Positions 60,835 through 64,000 of a stretch of 64,000 nt of DNA are shown here, piece after piece. The position numbers and the translations under genes were made by a program. Numbering within the stretch: the stretch's first letter is position 1; each line of letters starts with the position of its first letter. This DNA is from Squalus acanthias (Eukaryota). Under the pieces are notes generated by a model. It was given only the letters and a program-made list of their open reading frames with translations. It was not told the DNA's origin and made no database searches. Where the stretch lies: contig CM059432.1 in NCBI GenBank assembly GCA_030390025.1, forward strand, positions 28,770,001 through 28,834,000, written 5' to 3'.

Positions 60835-62425
60835 GACTGGATGGACCACTCAGCATCGATCTAGGCATTTGAACATGTAAAAGACACATCGAGCCCAGTT
60901 GACCCTGCAAAGTCCTCCTTATTAATATCTGGGGGCTTGAGTCAAAATTGGGAGATCTGTCCCATAGACTAGTCAAGCAACAGCCGGACATAGGCATGGT
61001 TCTGTGAGTATGACTATCAGCCAACGTCCGAGACTCCATCACCATCTTTGGGTATGTCCTGTCCCACCGGTAGGACAGACCCATTAGAGGTGATGGAAGG
61101 TGTCGTTGACAGTGCTATTAAGCAGCACTTACACCAATAACCTGCTCACCGATGCTCAGTTTGGGCTCCCCAGGTACACTCAGCTCCAGACCCCATTACA
61201 GTCTTGGTCCAAACATGGACAAAAGAGCTGAATTCCAGAGGTGAGGCGAGAGTGACTGCTCTTAATATCAAGGAGCCCTAGTAAAATTGAAGTCAATGGG
61301 AATCGGGGAAAAACGCTCCACTGGCTGGAGTCATACCTTACACAAAGGAAGATGGTTTTGGTTGTTGGAGGCCATCTTCAGTTGCTTCATCAATGACCTT
61401 CCCTCCAGCATAAGGTCAGGAGTGGGGATGTTCCCTGATGATTGCCCAGTGTTCAGTTCCATTTGCAATTCCTCAGATAATGAAGCAGTCTATGTCCGCA
61501 TGCAGCAAGACCTGGACAATATCCAGGCTTAAGCTAAGTGGCAAGTAACATTTGCACCACAGAAGTGCTAGGCAATGACCATCTCCAACAAGAGAGTCTA
61601 AACACCTCGCTTTGACATTCAATGGCATTAGATTTTTGGACTCTAGGGGAATCAAGGGATATGGAGATCGGGCGGGAAAGTGGAGTTGAGGTCGATGATC
61701 AGCCATGATCTTACTGAATCTCGGAGCAGGCCTACTCCTGCTCTTACTTCTTATTACCATCATCAGATCCCCCCACCATCAACAAGTGGGGGTTAGCATT
61801 GACCAGAAACTTAACTGATCAGCCACATAAATACTGTGGCTACAAGAGCAGGTCAGAGGCTACAGAGAGTGACTCAGCTCCCGAGTCCCCAAAGCATTTC
61901 CACTACTTACAAGGCGCAAGTCAGGAGTGGGATGGAATACTCTCCACTTGCCTGGATGAGTGCAGCTCCAACAACACTCAAGAAGCTCAACACCAGCCAG
62001 GACACAGCAGACCGCTTGATCGGCACCCCATCTACCATCTTAAACATTCACACCCTCCACCACCAACACAACATGGCTGCAGTGTGTACCATCTATAAGA
62101 TGCGCTGCAGCAACTCGCCAAGGCTTCTTCGACTGCACCTCCCAAACCCATGACCTTCACCACCTAGAAGGACAAGGGCAGCAGGCGCATGGGAACAACA
62201 CCACCTCCAAGTTACACACCATCCTGACTTGGAAATATATCACCTTCCTTTATCGTCGCTGGATCAAAATCCTGGAACTCCCTACATAACAGCATTGTGG
62301 GAGTACCTTCACCACACTGACTGCAGCAGTTCAGGAAGGTGGATCACCATCACCTTCTCAAGGGCAATTGGGTATGGGGAATAAATGCTGGCCTTGCCAG
62401 CGCCGCTCCCATCCCGTGAATGAAC
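60835..62425 (+). mobile_element. Deleted copy of the tRNA-headed LINE family (EN start, RT end, 3' tail), with a small CR1 3' piece at about 61628-61752
   Basis: Collinear with parts of 38390-41190; YKAQVRSGMEYSPLAW. Confidence 0.82.
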
Positions 62426-62529
62426 ACATGCATTTTTTTTTTAAAAAGGTCTTTATATTCAATCTTTGACAGACATTATATACTCGCATTTCCAGTATGC
62501 GTCGCAGATAGCATTCAGGAACCTGATGG

Positions 62530-63405
62530 AATATGAAACTCGGAAATGTAGTAAACAATGAGGAAGATAGTAACAGACTTCAGGAGGACACACTCAGACT
62601 TGTAAAATGGGCAGACACAGAGCAGATGAAATTTAAAGCAGAGAAGTGTGAAATTTTGGTAGGAAGAATGAGGACAGGCAATATGAACTAAATGGTATAA
62701 TTTTAAAGGGGTGCAGGAACAGAGAGACCTAGAGGTTCACATACACAAATCTTTGAAGGTGGCAGGACAAGTTGAGAAAGCTGTTAAGCATATGGGATCC
62801 TTGGCTTTATTAAGAGAGGGATAGCGTTCAAAAACAAGGAAGTTATGCTAAATCTTTATAAAACGCTGGTTAGTCCTCAGCAGGAGTATTGTGTTCAATT
62901 CTGTGCACCACACTTTAGGAATGATGTCAAGGCCTTGGAGAAGGTGCAGAAGACATTTACTAGAATGATACCAGGGATAAGGGACTTCAGTTATGTACAG
63001 AGACTGGAAAAGCTGAGGTTGTTCTCCTTAGAGCAAAGAAGGTTAAAAGGAGATTTGATAGGTGGTGTTCAAAATCATGAATGTTTTTGATAGAGTAAAT
63101 AAGGAAAAACGGTTGCCAGTGGCAGAAAGGTCAGTAACCAGGTAACTGTCAAAAGACCAGAGGCGACATGAGGACACAGCGAGTTGTTGTGATCTGGAAT
63201 GCACTTCCTGAAAGTGTGGTGGAAACCAATTCAATAGTAACATTCAAAAGAGAATTGGATGAACACTTGAAGGCAAAAAAATTCACAGGGCTATGGGGAA
63301 AGAACAGGGAAGTGGAATTAACTGGTAGCTCCACCAAAGAGCCAGCGCAGGCATGATGGGCTAAATGGCCGCCTTCTGTTCTACATCATTCTATGATTCT
63401 ATGAA
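62530..63405 (+). mobile_element. CR1 3' fragment
   Basis: LYKTLVSPQQEYCVQF, VVVIWNALPE, (ATTCTATG) tail. Confidence 0.87.
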
Positions 63406-63752
63406 TCGATTCCAATTCTTAATTGGAGGCCAATAAATAGGAACCCAAATGCAGCACTAGTTGGAATCAGTTAACGCAACACAGACCTAAAGCTTAGGTT
63501 ACACACCAAGTGGTACCATTGCCCACTAAACCCTGTATTACATAGGAATTATAGGACAAAAAAGACCAAAGTCCATCTAGTTTAGCTTCTACCATCCTGG
63601 TAGTCACAATAATAATGGAGCTGTTGACTAATCATGGCAGTTTGCCTCCTATCCATGTGGGTAGTGGAAATCAGACCAATGTAAAAAATTTAGTTTATTT
63701 TTCAAATTACAGCAGTGTGATCGCTAACAAATAGAAACCTATAAAAGCATAC

Positions 63753-63816
63753 CTGAGGTATTTCATCATCCTCAACAGCTTCCTCCACTTTCAGCTTCTT
63801 GGGTTTGGCCACTGAC
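63753..63816 (-). CDS. TOP1MT: Topoisomerase IB gene, upstream Lys/Glu-rich N-terminal exon (64 bp; SVAKPKKLKVEEAVEDDEIPQ); further exons lie beyond the right edge
   Basis: TTTTAG acceptor and CAG|GTATG donor; ends in phase 0, matching the start of the 54895 exon; charged KPKK-type composition like nuclear TOP1 N-termini. Confidence 0.75.
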
Positions 63817-63915
63817 CTAAAAATAAAGCAGAAGAGGTAAATGTTTTTTTTAAAAAAGCTAGTAATCAGAAAATTTAAGCCATACTGACCCATATTGAGG
63901 GAACATGTTTTGAAG

Positions 63916-64000
63916 TGTCAGCTTGCTCAGTTAGCAGCATTCTTGCCATCTGAATCAAAAGCTTGCAAGTTTCAACCCCATTCGAGGCTGACACTCTAGC
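63916..64000 (+). mobile_element. Start of another Deu-type SINE (tRNA head), truncated by the window edge
   Basis: tgtcagcttgctcagttagcagcattct...gtttcaacccca...ggctgacact. Confidence 0.6.

Overview
Vertebrate genomic DNA. The repeat content (dense CR1, Deu-type SINEs, L2, RTE, Penelope-like ends) suggests a cartilaginous fish; this is inference. The window lies entirely inside one minus-strand gene, a type IB DNA topoisomerase whose diagnostic residues match the TOP1MT (mitochondrial) paralog. Nine core exons (116, 122, 123, 188, 145, 144, 186, 69 and 115 bp) have GT-AG boundaries and continuous phase; the 3' exons with the catalytic His/Tyr lie left of the window. The core appears to have two alternative N-termini. 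One is a pair of Lys/Glu-rich, nuclear-TOP1-like exons (63753-63816, 54726-54895). The other is a 43-codon exon missed by the ORF track (53175-53305) that encodes a typical mitochondrial presequence. Both splice in phase 2 onto the same acceptor, suggesting one gene producing nuclear and mitochondrial isoforms. The introns are mostly transposon debris. Notable elements: a young full-length CR1 LINE (8420-13598) with 75-bp 5' monomers, an esterase ORF1, a TTTAAAC slippery site and an intact EN-RT ORF2, interrupted by a TA-flanked MITE that supplies the apparent ORF2 ATG; three TSD-flanked Penelope-like micro-insertions, one a long hairpin with a hammerhead-like core; a LINE with a tRNA-like head; an RTE with a 26-bp TSD; and a GC-rich Harbinger-like MITE.
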